A DNA stretch of 64,000 nucleotides from a virus: positions 1 through 64,000 of the IMG/VR virus record IMGVR_UViG_3300032607_000125; one strand, written 5' to 3'. Of this stretch, positions 56,559-64,000 are shown in pieces. A program made the translations under genes and the position numbers. Position 1 is the stretch's first letter, and every line of letters begins with the position of its first letter. The notes below the pieces were generated by a model. That model was given only the letters and a program-made list of their open reading frames with translations. It was not told the origin of the DNA and ran no database searches.

Positions 56559-57827
56559 ATGACAACACGTCAAGATTTAATTAAAAAGTGGTCTCCAATC
56601 CTGGAAGCTACGGAAGCTGCTCCAATCCAGTCTAACTATCGTAAAGAAGTTACTGCTGTTCTTTTGGAAAACCAAGAACGCGCAATGTCAGAGAGCTACC
56701 ATGCTCTTAACGAAATTGCTAACACTGGTGGCGCTGGTGTTTCATTGGGTGCCGCTGGTACTAATGCTAATATGGCTGGTTATGACCCAGTTCTTATCAG
56801 TCTAGTTCGTCGTGCTGCTCCACAGATGATCGCTTATGACATTGCTGGTGTTCAGCCAATGACTCAGCCTACAGGTTTGATCTTCGCTATGAAGAGCAAG
56901 TATGCTGCTCAAGACGGCGCAGAAGCATTGTTCAACGAAGCAGATACTGACTTCGCTGGTGCAGCATCTCCTGCTCACGCTGGTTCTAACCCACTAGACG
57001 GTACTTATACTACTGGTACTGGTATGTCTACCTCTACGGCTGAAGATCTTGGTGCTGGTACAGCATTCGGTCAAATGGCTTTCTCTATCGAGAAGACTAC
57101 TGTAACTGCTAAAACTCGTGCCCTAAAAGCTGAGTACACAGTTGAACTAGCACAAGACTTGAAAGCAGTTCACGGTCTTGACGCTGAAGGCGAACTAAGC
57201 AACATTCTTTCAAGCGAAATCTTGAATGAGATCAACCGCGAAGTTCTTCGTACAGTGTACGTTGGCGCTAAAGTTGGTGCTCAAGTTGGTACCGCTTCTG
57301 TTGGTACTTTCGACTTGGACGTTGATGCTAACGGTCGCTGGTCAGTTGAAAAATTCAAAGGTCTAATGTTCCAAATCGAACGTGAAGCCAATGCAATCGC
57401 GCAGACAACACGTCGTGGCCGTGGTAACTTCATCATCTGTTCTTCAGATGTTGCAAGTGCTTTGGCAATGGCTGGTGTTCTTGATTATGCTCCTGCTCTT
57501 TCAACTGGTTTGAATGTTGACGAAGCAAGCACTACTTTCGCTGGTGTTCTAAATGGTAAGTATAAAGTGTATGTTGATCCATACTCTGCTAACCAAGCAA
57601 ATACCCAGTTCTTCGTAGCTGGTTATAAAGGTACTTCTGCATTCGACGCTGGTCTTTTCTATTGCCCATACGTGCCACTAGAAAAAGTTCGTGCTATCGA
57701 TCCTGCTACATTCCAGCCGAAAATCGGGTTTAAGACTCGTTATGGAATGGTTGCTAACCCATTCACTTCATTGGCTTCTGGCACCAACATTTACTATCGT
57801 AAAGTTGCAGTTACCAACTTGATGTAA
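56559..57827 (+). CDS. gp23: Major capsid protein
   Basis: LLENQE...GVQPMTQPTGLIFAM...RALKAEYTVELAQDLKAVHGLDAE...FQPKIGFKTRYG. Confidence 0.98.
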   Translation: MTTRQDLIKKWSPILEATEAAPIQSNYRKEVTAVLLENQERAMSESYHALNEIANTGGAGVSLGAAGTNANMAGYDPVLISLVRRAAPQMIAYDIAGVQPMTQPTGLIFAMKSKYAAQDGAEALFNEADTDFAGAASPAHAGSNPLDGTYTTGTGMSTSTAEDLGAGTAFGQMAFSIEKTTVTAKTRALKAEYTVELAQDLKAVHGLDAEGELSNILSSEILNEINREVLRTVYVGAKVGAQVGTASVGTFDLDVDANGRWSVEKFKGLMFQIEREANAIAQTTRRGRGNFIICSSDVASALAMAGVLDYAPALSTGLNVDEASTTFAGVLNGKYKVYVDPYSANQANTQFFVAGYKGTSAFDAGLFYCPYVPLEKVRAIDPATFQPKIGFKTRYGMVANPFTSLASGTNIYYRKVAVTNLM

Positions 57828-57860
57828 TCGAGTTAAGTCTACGTAAGATAGACACCTTAA

Positions 57861-57885
57861 AAGGGAGCTTCGGCTCCCTTTTTTT
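57861..57885 (+). terminator. Intrinsic terminator with UUCG tetraloop
   Basis: AAGGGAGC-TTCG-GCTCCCTT followed by TTTTT. Confidence 0.92.
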
Positions 57886-57888
57886 CGT

Positions 57889-57896
57889 TATAAATA
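57889..57896 (+). promoter_or_regulatory. T4 late promoter (gp3)
   Basis: Exact TATAAATA just after the terminator. Confidence 0.75.
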
Positions 57897-57900
57897 GAGT

Positions 57901-58434
57901 ATGACTACATTACTTTCAACTCAAATTCCAGAAAACATTAATCCGTTATCACCTAATGGATACTTGTTTGCGATCGATAGAATCCCATCTCTATCATATT
58001 TCTGCCAAGAAGTTGCACTGCCAAGTATAACACTTCCAGAAGTAATTCAAAATACACCTTTCTCAAGGGTGTCTCTGCCGGGTGATCAAATTGACTATGG
58101 TGTATTAACCATACAATTTTTGATAGACGAAAAAATGGAAAATTATAAAGCCATTCATAATTGGTTGATTGGTTTAGGGTTTCCGGAAAACTATCAGCAA
58201 TATACGGATATCGTAAATAGTGGTAGTATGTTAGAGTCTTCTGAAGTCGCAAGAGCATCGTCAGACGCAGCACTAATGATTCTTGGTAATGACAATAATA
58301 CAGTTCAAACCATACAGTTTACCGATTGTATTCCACAAAGTCTAGAGAGTGTTACATTCACGTCTACGAGTCAAGACGTACAGTATTTAATTGGAAACGT
58401 AACGTTCTCATATTCTTACTACAAATTCGTTTAA
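57901..58434 (+). CDS. gp3: Tail tube terminator / completion protein
   Basis: NINPLSPNGY...YFCQEVALPSI...PGDQIDYGVL...NYKAIHNWL...F.DCIP.SL. Confidence 0.88.
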   Translation: MTTLLSTQIPENINPLSPNGYLFAIDRIPSLSYFCQEVALPSITLPEVIQNTPFSRVSLPGDQIDYGVLTIQFLIDEKMENYKAIHNWLIGLGFPENYQQYTDIVNSGSMLESSEVARASSDAALMILGNDNNTVQTIQFTDCIPQSLESVTFTSTSQDVQYLIGNVTFSYSYYKFV

Positions 58435-58467
58435 TTATTAGCCGAAAGGCTATCACTGAAATACATT

Positions 58468-58905
58468 ATGAACATAACAGAATTACATGACCTTTGGGAT
58501 GTTGATTGCAATATCAACGGTGATCACCTCGATCGCGAGTCAGTTAAAAGCCCACAACTCCATGCAAAATATCTGCGCTTTCTTATCCAGCATAAGATGA
58601 AGCTATCTGCATTTACTGCAGAGTATAATACCCTTCGACAAAAGAAATTTCGATACTATCGCGGTGAAATGAGTAAAGATGAACTCACCGAAACTGGATG
58701 GAATCAATGGCAAGGAATTAAACCATTAAAGAATGAGATGGAAGAATTCCTTGAAGGCGACTCCGATCTTAACAAGATCAACATAAAGAGCGCATATATA
58801 AAAGGAATGGTAGAGGCTTTAGAGTCTATCCTTGGTCAAATCAAATCGCGTGACTGGCAAATTCGAAATGCCATCACTTGGAAACAATTCGTTGCTGGTG
58901 CATAA
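58468..58905 (+). CDS. uvsY: Recombination mediator
   Basis: LDRESVKSPQLHAKY...RDWQIRNAITWKQFVAG. Confidence 0.92.
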   Translation: MNITELHDLWDVDCNINGDHLDRESVKSPQLHAKYLRFLIQHKMKLSAFTAEYNTLRQKKFRYYRGEMSKDELTETGWNQWQGIKPLKNEMEEFLEGDSDLNKINIKSAYIKGMVEALESILGQIKSRDWQIRNAITWKQFVAGA

Positions 58906-58907
58906 TA

Positions 58908-60389
58908 ATGATTTCAATTGAGAAGATAAACAACGTTCACTTACGGATCTACACTGATCCTTCAATCACACAAGAACTATCGGAATTCTTTACCTTTCAG
59001 GTTGAAGGATATAAGTTCACGCCTGCTTATAGAAGCGGACAGTGGGATGGGAAGATCCGCATGTATGACATGAATCGTAAGACATTATATGTTGGTCTTC
59101 TTAAGTATGTACTTGGTTTTGCAGAGCGTAATCAGTATGAAGTTAAATACATTAATGAAGTATTGCCCACTAGTACTATTACGCGAGATGAAGTAGTAGA
59201 ATACGCTAAGTGGTTAAACCCTTGTTCTCGCGGTGTGCCAATTGAGATCTATGACTATCAAGTAGATGCAGTATATAAAGCACTAACAGATGAAAGAGCT
59301 TTGTTGCTTTCACCTACTGCGTCTGGTAAATCATTTATCATCTATACAGCAATGAGATACCACCTTGAACAGAACCGCAAGTGTATAGTTATCGTTCCAA
59401 CTACATCTCTAGTAGAACAACTGTATGCAGACTTTGCAGATTATTCTTCTGTCAATGGATGGAGAACTGATCGTCACTGCCAGAAATTATACAGTGGATT
59501 CACTAAGGACGTCACTGCAGATGTGTTAATCACTACATGGCAATCAATCTATAAGCAACCTGCAGCGTGGTTCAATCAGTTTGATGTCATCTTTGGAGAT
59601 GAAGCCCACAATTTTAAAGCAAAGTCTTTAACTTCTGTCATGGATAAGATGACTAATGTTGCACATCGTATAGGTACTACTGGCACACTAGACGATAAGA
59701 AAGTCAACAAACTTGTTTTAGAAGGAATCTTTGGTCCAGTGCATAGAGTCATCTCGACTCGTGAACTAATGGATTCCAATAGAGTTGCAAACCTAAAGAT
59801 TACTTGTCTAGTATTAAAGTATGACGAAGTAAGTCGTAAGGTAATGAATAGAGCACAGTATCCAGATGAGATCAACTTTATCATTGGCCATGAGAAGCGC
59901 AATAGGTTTATTCGTAATCTCGCTATTAGTTGTGAAGGCAATACTCTAGTACTATTTCAGATGGTTGCTAAACATGGTAAGATACTACACGAACTAATTC
60001 AAGCAAAAGTTGGAGACACTAGAAAAGTATTCTTTATCTATGGTGGTACCGACACTGAAGCTCGTGAGTCTGCTCGTAAAGCAATGGAAGGTGAAACAGA
60101 CGCTATCTGTATTGCTTCATTTGGCGTATTCTCGACAGGTATAAATATTCCATCGATAGAGAACGTTATCTTTGCTTCACCAAGTAAATCTAAGATTCGC
60201 AACCTTCAATCTATTGGTCGTGGTCTACGATTAAAAGAAGGAAAGACTCATTGTAATCTATATGATATCAGTGATGATCTACATTATAAATCTTATAAGA
60301 ATCATACTCTTGGTCACTTTGCAGAAAGACTAAAGACATATTCTGAAGAGAAGTTTACTTACAAGATTGTTGAGGTACCAGTTGAATGA
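58908..60389 (+). CDS. uvsW: SF2 DNA/RNA helicase
   Basis: SPTASGKS, GDEAH, GTTGT, QSIGRGLR; probable start 58908. Confidence 0.95.
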   Translation: MISIEKINNVHLRIYTDPSITQELSEFFTFQVEGYKFTPAYRSGQWDGKIRMYDMNRKTLYVGLLKYVLGFAERNQYEVKYINEVLPTSTITRDEVVEYAKWLNPCSRGVPIEIYDYQVDAVYKALTDERALLLSPTASGKSFIIYTAMRYHLEQNRKCIVIVPTTSLVEQLYADFADYSSVNGWRTDRHCQKLYSGFTKDVTADVLITTWQSIYKQPAAWFNQFDVIFGDEAHNFKAKSLTSVMDKMTNVAHRIGTTGTLDDKKVNKLVLEGIFGPVHRVISTRELMDSNRVANLKITCLVLKYDEVSRKVMNRAQYPDEINFIIGHEKRNRFIRNLAISCEGNTLVLFQMVAKHGKILHELIQAKVGDTRKVFFIYGGTDTEARESARKAMEGETDAICIASFGVFSTGINIPSIENVIFASPSKSKIRNLQSIGRGLRLKEGKTHCNLYDISDDLHYKSYKNHTLGHFAERLKTYSEEKFTYKIVEVPVE

Positions 60390-60735
60390 TTACGTAGTAC
60401 TTAAATTAATTAGCGGTGAACAACTAATTGCTAGTCTGTTGAATGAAACTAGTGAAGGTATTGTTGTACTAGATCCTATTGTAGTAAGGATGCATGCTAT
60501 AGTAAGAGATGGTACTAATGTTGAACAAGCTGTTACTAGTAGATTCTGTCAGTTTGGAGAAGACAATGTATTTGCTTTCCATTATAGGAATCTAATCTAT
60601 CGAAAGAAGTTAGATCCTGATATGATACCTTATTATACTCGTATTGTTAAAGCATTAGAAGCTGAAGACAATATGATTGATCCTCCAGAGGAGTTACTTA
60701 GTAGTGATATTCCAATTGATAGGATTATACATTAA
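60382..60735 (+). CDS. Sm-like-fold hypothetical protein typical of uvsW-gp55 intervals
   Basis: VVLKLISGEQLIA...VLDP; start uncertain (TTG 60382). Confidence 0.65.
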   Translation: MNDYVVLKLISGEQLIASLLNETSEGIVVLDPIVVRMHAIVRDGTNVEQAVTSRFCQFGEDNVFAFHYRNLIYRKKLDPDMIPYYTRIVKALEAEDNMIDPPEELLSSDIPIDRIIH

Positions 60736-60754
60736 CTTGAAAGACCATAGATTT

Positions 60755-60783
60755 ATTATACCATCAGTCAGAAGATCTGTACA
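60755..60783 (-). promoter_or_regulatory. Antisense sigma70-like promoter
   Basis: On -: TGTACA (60783-60778), 17 nt, TATAAT (60760-60755) with TG extension. Confidence 0.6.
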
Positions 60784-60806
60784 ATCTAAATGCGTCTAAT
60801 CTTTGG

Positions 60807-60835
60807 TGTACAGTCAATCATTTATAGTGTATAAT
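60807..60835 (+). promoter_or_regulatory. Sigma70-like promoter for gp55-gp47-gp46
   Basis: TGTACA (60807-60812), 17 nt, TATAAT (60830-60835). Confidence 0.72.
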
Positions 60836-60861
60836 AGAACAAATATCACTATGGAGTCTAT

Positions 60862-61452
60862 ATGGCAACCCACTATGTCAACAATGCCCAAATGCTTGAA
60901 TTTATCAAGGATTATCGGGAAAAGCTTTTAACAGCTAGAGCCAACTCTACTGAAACACCTCGCATTCCCGAATATCTTGGAGAGTGTATCCTAAAGATCG
61001 CCACCGGTCTAAGTAGGAAATCGAACTTTATCAATTACTCGTATAAAGACGATATGATTCTCGATGGAATTGAAAACTGCATTCAATGTATGCACTCCTT
61101 TGATCCAGAGAAATCTTCAAATCCATTCTCCTATTTTACTCAAGTGATCTACTTTGCTTTCCTTCGCCGTATTGCTAAAGAGAAAAAGCAATCGTATATC
61201 AAGGGTAAGCTTATTCAAGACATGGCATTTGAATCATTTGATCTACAGGGTCATGATGACGATGCAGACTTTAAGAATGCTTACACTGCATTCATTCAAG
61301 CAAATTCTAACTTTGATGATTCCTTTATAAAGAATAAAGAAAAGAAAAAGAAAGAAAAGCTTGAACAGTCACTTGCTAACTTCATTGATGAGCCAAAGTT
61401 AATTAAAGACGATAACGATCCATTCTCACTTGGTGATATTAATGACGGTTGA
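60862..61452 (+). CDS. gp55: Late sigma factor
   Basis: HYVNN...YLGECILKIA...NFINYSYKDDMILDGIENC...NPFSYFTQVIYFAFLRRIAKEKKQ. Confidence 0.96.
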   Translation: MATHYVNNAQMLEFIKDYREKLLTARANSTETPRIPEYLGECILKIATGLSRKSNFINYSYKDDMILDGIENCIQCMHSFDPEKSSNPFSYFTQVIYFAFLRRIAKEKKQSYIKGKLIQDMAFESFDLQGHDDDADFKNAYTAFIQANSNFDDSFIKNKEKKKKEKLEQSLANFIDEPKLIKDDNDPFSLGDINDG

Positions 61453-61585
61453 AAAAGATTGGCTTGATAAAGTTGCCTTAGCCGCTTCTGTTTATTGTGA
61501 ATCGCCTACAGCTAATGAAGCGGAGATAGATAAGTTCATTGAATTTTTGTATTATGCATATGGATACGATAAACTAGTAAAATGA
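61442..61585 (+). CDS. 47-aa hypothetical protein (not in the ORF track)
   Basis: MTVEKDWLDKVALAASVYC...YDKLVK; overlaps the gp55 end; ATGA-coupled to gp47. Confidence 0.6.
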   Translation: MTVEKDWLDKVALAASVYCESPTANEAEIDKFIEFLYYAYGYDKLVK

Positions 61586-62637
61586 AAATAGCAATTATAA
61601 CTGATCAGCACTTTGGTGCTCGTGGTGATAGTGTACAGTGTTTAGATTATTATGAGAACTTCTATAAGAATGTTTTCTTTCCTAAACTTAAAGAACAACG
61701 TATCACTACAATGTTAATCCTTGGTGATACTTTCGATCGTCGTAAGTTCATTAATTTTAACACACTTTCTCGTGCTAAAAAGATGTTCTTTGACATAGCA
61801 TTCGCTGATGGTATTATGATCACGATGATTGCTGGTAATCATGATACGTATTTTAAAAATACTAATGAAGTTAATAGTCCTGAGCTAACATTAAAAGAGT
61901 ACACTAACATTTCCATTGTTAGTGATCCAAAGACCGTTAGCATTAATGGAACTGATGTTTGTTTTCTTCCATGGATCTGTTTAGATAACTATGCAGATTC
62001 AATGAATGAGATTAAGAACACTAAAGCAGATATCTGCATGGGTCACCTAGAGATATCTGGATTTGCAATGTATAGAGGAGTTGAATCGCATGAAGGTTTA
62101 TCTAAAGCAATGTTTGGCAAATTTGATATGGTGTTCTCCGGACATTATCATCATAAATCTAATAATGGGAACATATTTTATCTTGGTAACCCTTACGAAT
62201 TAACATGGCAAGATTATAAAGATCCACGTGGTTTTCACTTCTTTGATCTTGACACTCGTCAACTAGAATTTGTTCAGAATCCATATAGTCTATTCGAGCG
62301 TTATGAATATGATGATACTGTTGAAGATCCAGATGGTGTTGATACTAGTTTTGTCGCCGATAAGTATGTCAAAATTGTTGTGATCAATAAGACTGATTTT
62401 TATAAATTTGATAAGTTTATCAACCGTGTCTATCTTCGCAATCCACTCGAAGTAAAGATCATCGAGAACTTTTCAGAATTTAGTGATGGTCAAGTTGATG
62501 AAAATATAAACCTTGAAGATACTTCAAGCGTGCTATCGGATTATATTGACTCTGTTGAAACTGATGTTGATAAAGATAAAGTGAAGAATTTTATGAAAGC
62601 TTTGTATACTGAAGCATTGAACAAGGATGTAGTCTAA
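61582..62637 (+). CDS. gp47: Recombination endonuclease subunit (Mre11-like)
   Basis: ITDQHFGAR, LGDTFDRRK, AGNHD, MGHLE, SGHYHH metallophosphoesterase motifs. Confidence 0.95.
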   Translation: MKIAIITDQHFGARGDSVQCLDYYENFYKNVFFPKLKEQRITTMLILGDTFDRRKFINFNTLSRAKKMFFDIAFADGIMITMIAGNHDTYFKNTNEVNSPELTLKEYTNISIVSDPKTVSINGTDVCFLPWICLDNYADSMNEIKNTKADICMGHLEISGFAMYRGVESHEGLSKAMFGKFDMVFSGHYHHKSNNGNIFYLGNPYELTWQDYKDPRGFHFFDLDTRQLEFVQNPYSLFERYEYDDTVEDPDGVDTSFVADKYVKIVVINKTDFYKFDKFINRVYLRNPLEVKIIENFSEFSDGQVDENINLEDTSSVLSDYIDSVETDVDKDKVKNFMKALYTEALNKDVV

Positions 62638-64000
62638 TGCTTATTTTTAAAACTCTAACTTGGCAAAACTTTCTATCAACTGGTAATTCTCCTAATACGA
62701 TTATCCTTAATAGATCTGCTAGCACTCTTGTCATTGGTAAGAATGGAGAAGGCAAATCTACAATGCTTGACGCACTGACCTTTGCTTTGTTTGGTAAACC
62801 ATTTCGTAACATTAATAAGCCACAATTAGTGAATAGTATTAATGGCAAAGGTTGTGTAGTTACTATTGAGTTTGAACTTGGTACTGCTGAGTATAAGATT
62901 GTTCGTGGCATTAAACCGGGCATCTTTGAGATCTATCTCAATGGCGTTATGATCAATCAAGACGCAGCAGTTAAAGATTACCAAAAAGTTCTAGAACAAC
63001 AAATTTTACGTCTTAACTATAAGACTTTCACGCAAGTTATTATTCTTGGTTCTGCATCATTCGTTCCATTCATGCAACTACCAGCATGGCAACGTAGAGA
63101 AGTCATTGAAGATATTCTTGACATTGGTATCTTTTCCACTATGAATTCAATCTTAAAAGAAAGAATTAGTGAGACTAAAGAAGAGATGCATAGTATCGAG
63201 AATAAAATCGAGATTGCTAAGAACTCTGTAGTTGCTCAAAAGAAAATCATTACATCGATGGTGTCATCTAAGCAAGAATATGTAGATCATATTCGTAAAC
63301 AGATTGATGATAATGCCGTAGAGATTAAAGCAAATGAAGATCGTTGGGAAACTCTTACAGATCAAATGAATGCTCTACTTGCATCTAGTGATAACGCTAA
63401 AGATCTTAAAGAAGACATTGATAGAGCAACTGCCCTGCGTTCTAAACTAAACTCTAAAAAAGAACACATAGAAGAGACATTGCAGTTCTTTGCTGATAAT
63501 ACTACATGCCCTAGTTGTGCTCAAGATATTCCACATCAACATAAAACTAATATTAGTTCTAAGTTTAATCAAGAATATAATGATAGTGTAGATAACATTA
63601 ATGTTATTCAAGAAGCTTTTGATACTCTAATGGATCGCCAACAAAAGCTCAATGAATTGAATGTAAAACTGTTGACTATTAATTCACAGTCTAATGCTAC
63701 AATTACTGCTAATAAACTATTAACAAAGAGTACTAAAAAACTCAATGAAGACATCGCAGCAACAAAACAAGACACTGGCAATATTGATGTTGAGAAACAA
63801 AAACTTAAACAAGTCGCAGACGACGCAATAGTTCTAATTGATAAAAAGAATGAACTATCCGCTGAACGCAATATCCAAGAAGTATCGGCTTTACTGCTGA
63901 AAGATACTGGAATTAAAACTGCTATCATTAAGGAATACCTTCCTGTCATGAATAAGTTGATCAATGGTTACCTTACTGCAATGGACTTCTATGTTCACTT
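62637..64000 (+). CDS. gp46: Recombination ATPase subunit (Rad50-like), 3'-truncated by the window edge; missing from the ORF track
   Basis: ATG 62637 (TAATG overlap); MLIFKTLTWQNFLSTGN...GKNGEGKSTMLDAL; Zn hook CPSC; frame open to the window end. Confidence 0.95.
   Translation, partial: MLIFKTLTWQNFLSTGNSPNTIILNRSASTLVIGKNGEGKSTMLDALTFALFGKPFRNINKPQLVNSINGKGCVVTIEFELGTAEYKIVRGIKPGIFEIYLNGVMINQDAAVKDYQKVLEQQILRLNYKTFTQVIILGSASFVPFMQLPAWQRREVIEDILDIGIFSTMNSILKERISETKEEMHSIENKIEIAKNSVVAQKKIITSMVSSKQEYVDHIRKQIDDNAVEIKANEDRWETLTDQMNALLASSDNAKDLKEDIDRATALRSKLNSKKEHIEETLQFFADNTTCPSCAQDIPHQHKTNISSKFNQEYNDSVDNINVIQEAFDTLMDRQQKLNELNVKLLTINSQSNATITANKLLTKSTKKLNEDIAATKQDTGNIDVEKQKLKQVADDAIVLIDKKNELSAERNIQEVSALLLKDTGIKTAIIKEYLPVMNKLINGYLTAMDFYVH

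Noticed and set aside
48174-57827. Introns or inteins in terminase, sheath, portal or capsid genes
   Set aside because: The ORFs are continuous and of expected size, with no intein C...HN motifs or split frames.
58439-58452. TAGCC-GAAA-GGCTA hairpin between gp3 and uvsY
   Set aside because: It has only 5 bp and no U-tract, too weak to call a terminator or regulatory RNA.
1-64000. Stop-codon recoding (alternative genetic code)
   Set aside because: Core genes are full length in the standard code, and TAA, TGA and TAG all act as stops (e.g. TAG at 33993-33995).

Overview
This window is the morphogenesis and replication core of a T4-like myovirus (Tevenvirinae or cyanophage-like gene set). It is AT-rich and uses the standard genetic code; the host is probably an aquatic proteobacterium, which is an inference. 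Layout from left to right: (1) 1-2.7 kb, the end of a repeat-protein and fibre-accessory cassette. (2) 2.7-8.0 kb, an early/middle block on + with a SleB-type hydrolase, a ClpP-like protease, tRNA-Arg(UCU), small ORFs, gp33, gp59 and gp32. (3) 8.2-13.5 kb, a late block on - with gp4, gp2, a gp54-like gene, a 3TM holin, a displaced gp16, gp26, gp51-like and a tape measure. (4) 13.5-45.4 kb, baseplate genes (gp48, gp53, hub, gp5, PAAR, gp25, gp6, gp7, gp8, a DUF4815-like giant) and a large fibre cluster. (5) 45.4-58.4 kb, neck, packaging, tail and head genes (gp13, HNH, gp14, gp15, gp17-gp23, gp3). (6) 58.4-64 kb, uvsY, uvsW, gp55, gp47 and a truncated gp46. The strongest hidden signal is a T TTT TTC slippery site at the gp26 stop. 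It is followed by a predicted H-type pseudoknot and a start-less -1 frame running into the gp51-like ORF just upstream of the tape measure, which suggests a lambda G/GT-type frameshift in a T4-like phage. Also notable are a TGTACA-N17-TATAAT promoter family with antisense copies at gene 3' ends, a gp5 spike with both lysozyme and M15 peptidase domains, a ClpP with a histone-like tail, and a small protein ending in a gp32-like acidic tail. All assignments come from motif recognition by eye; no database searches were run.
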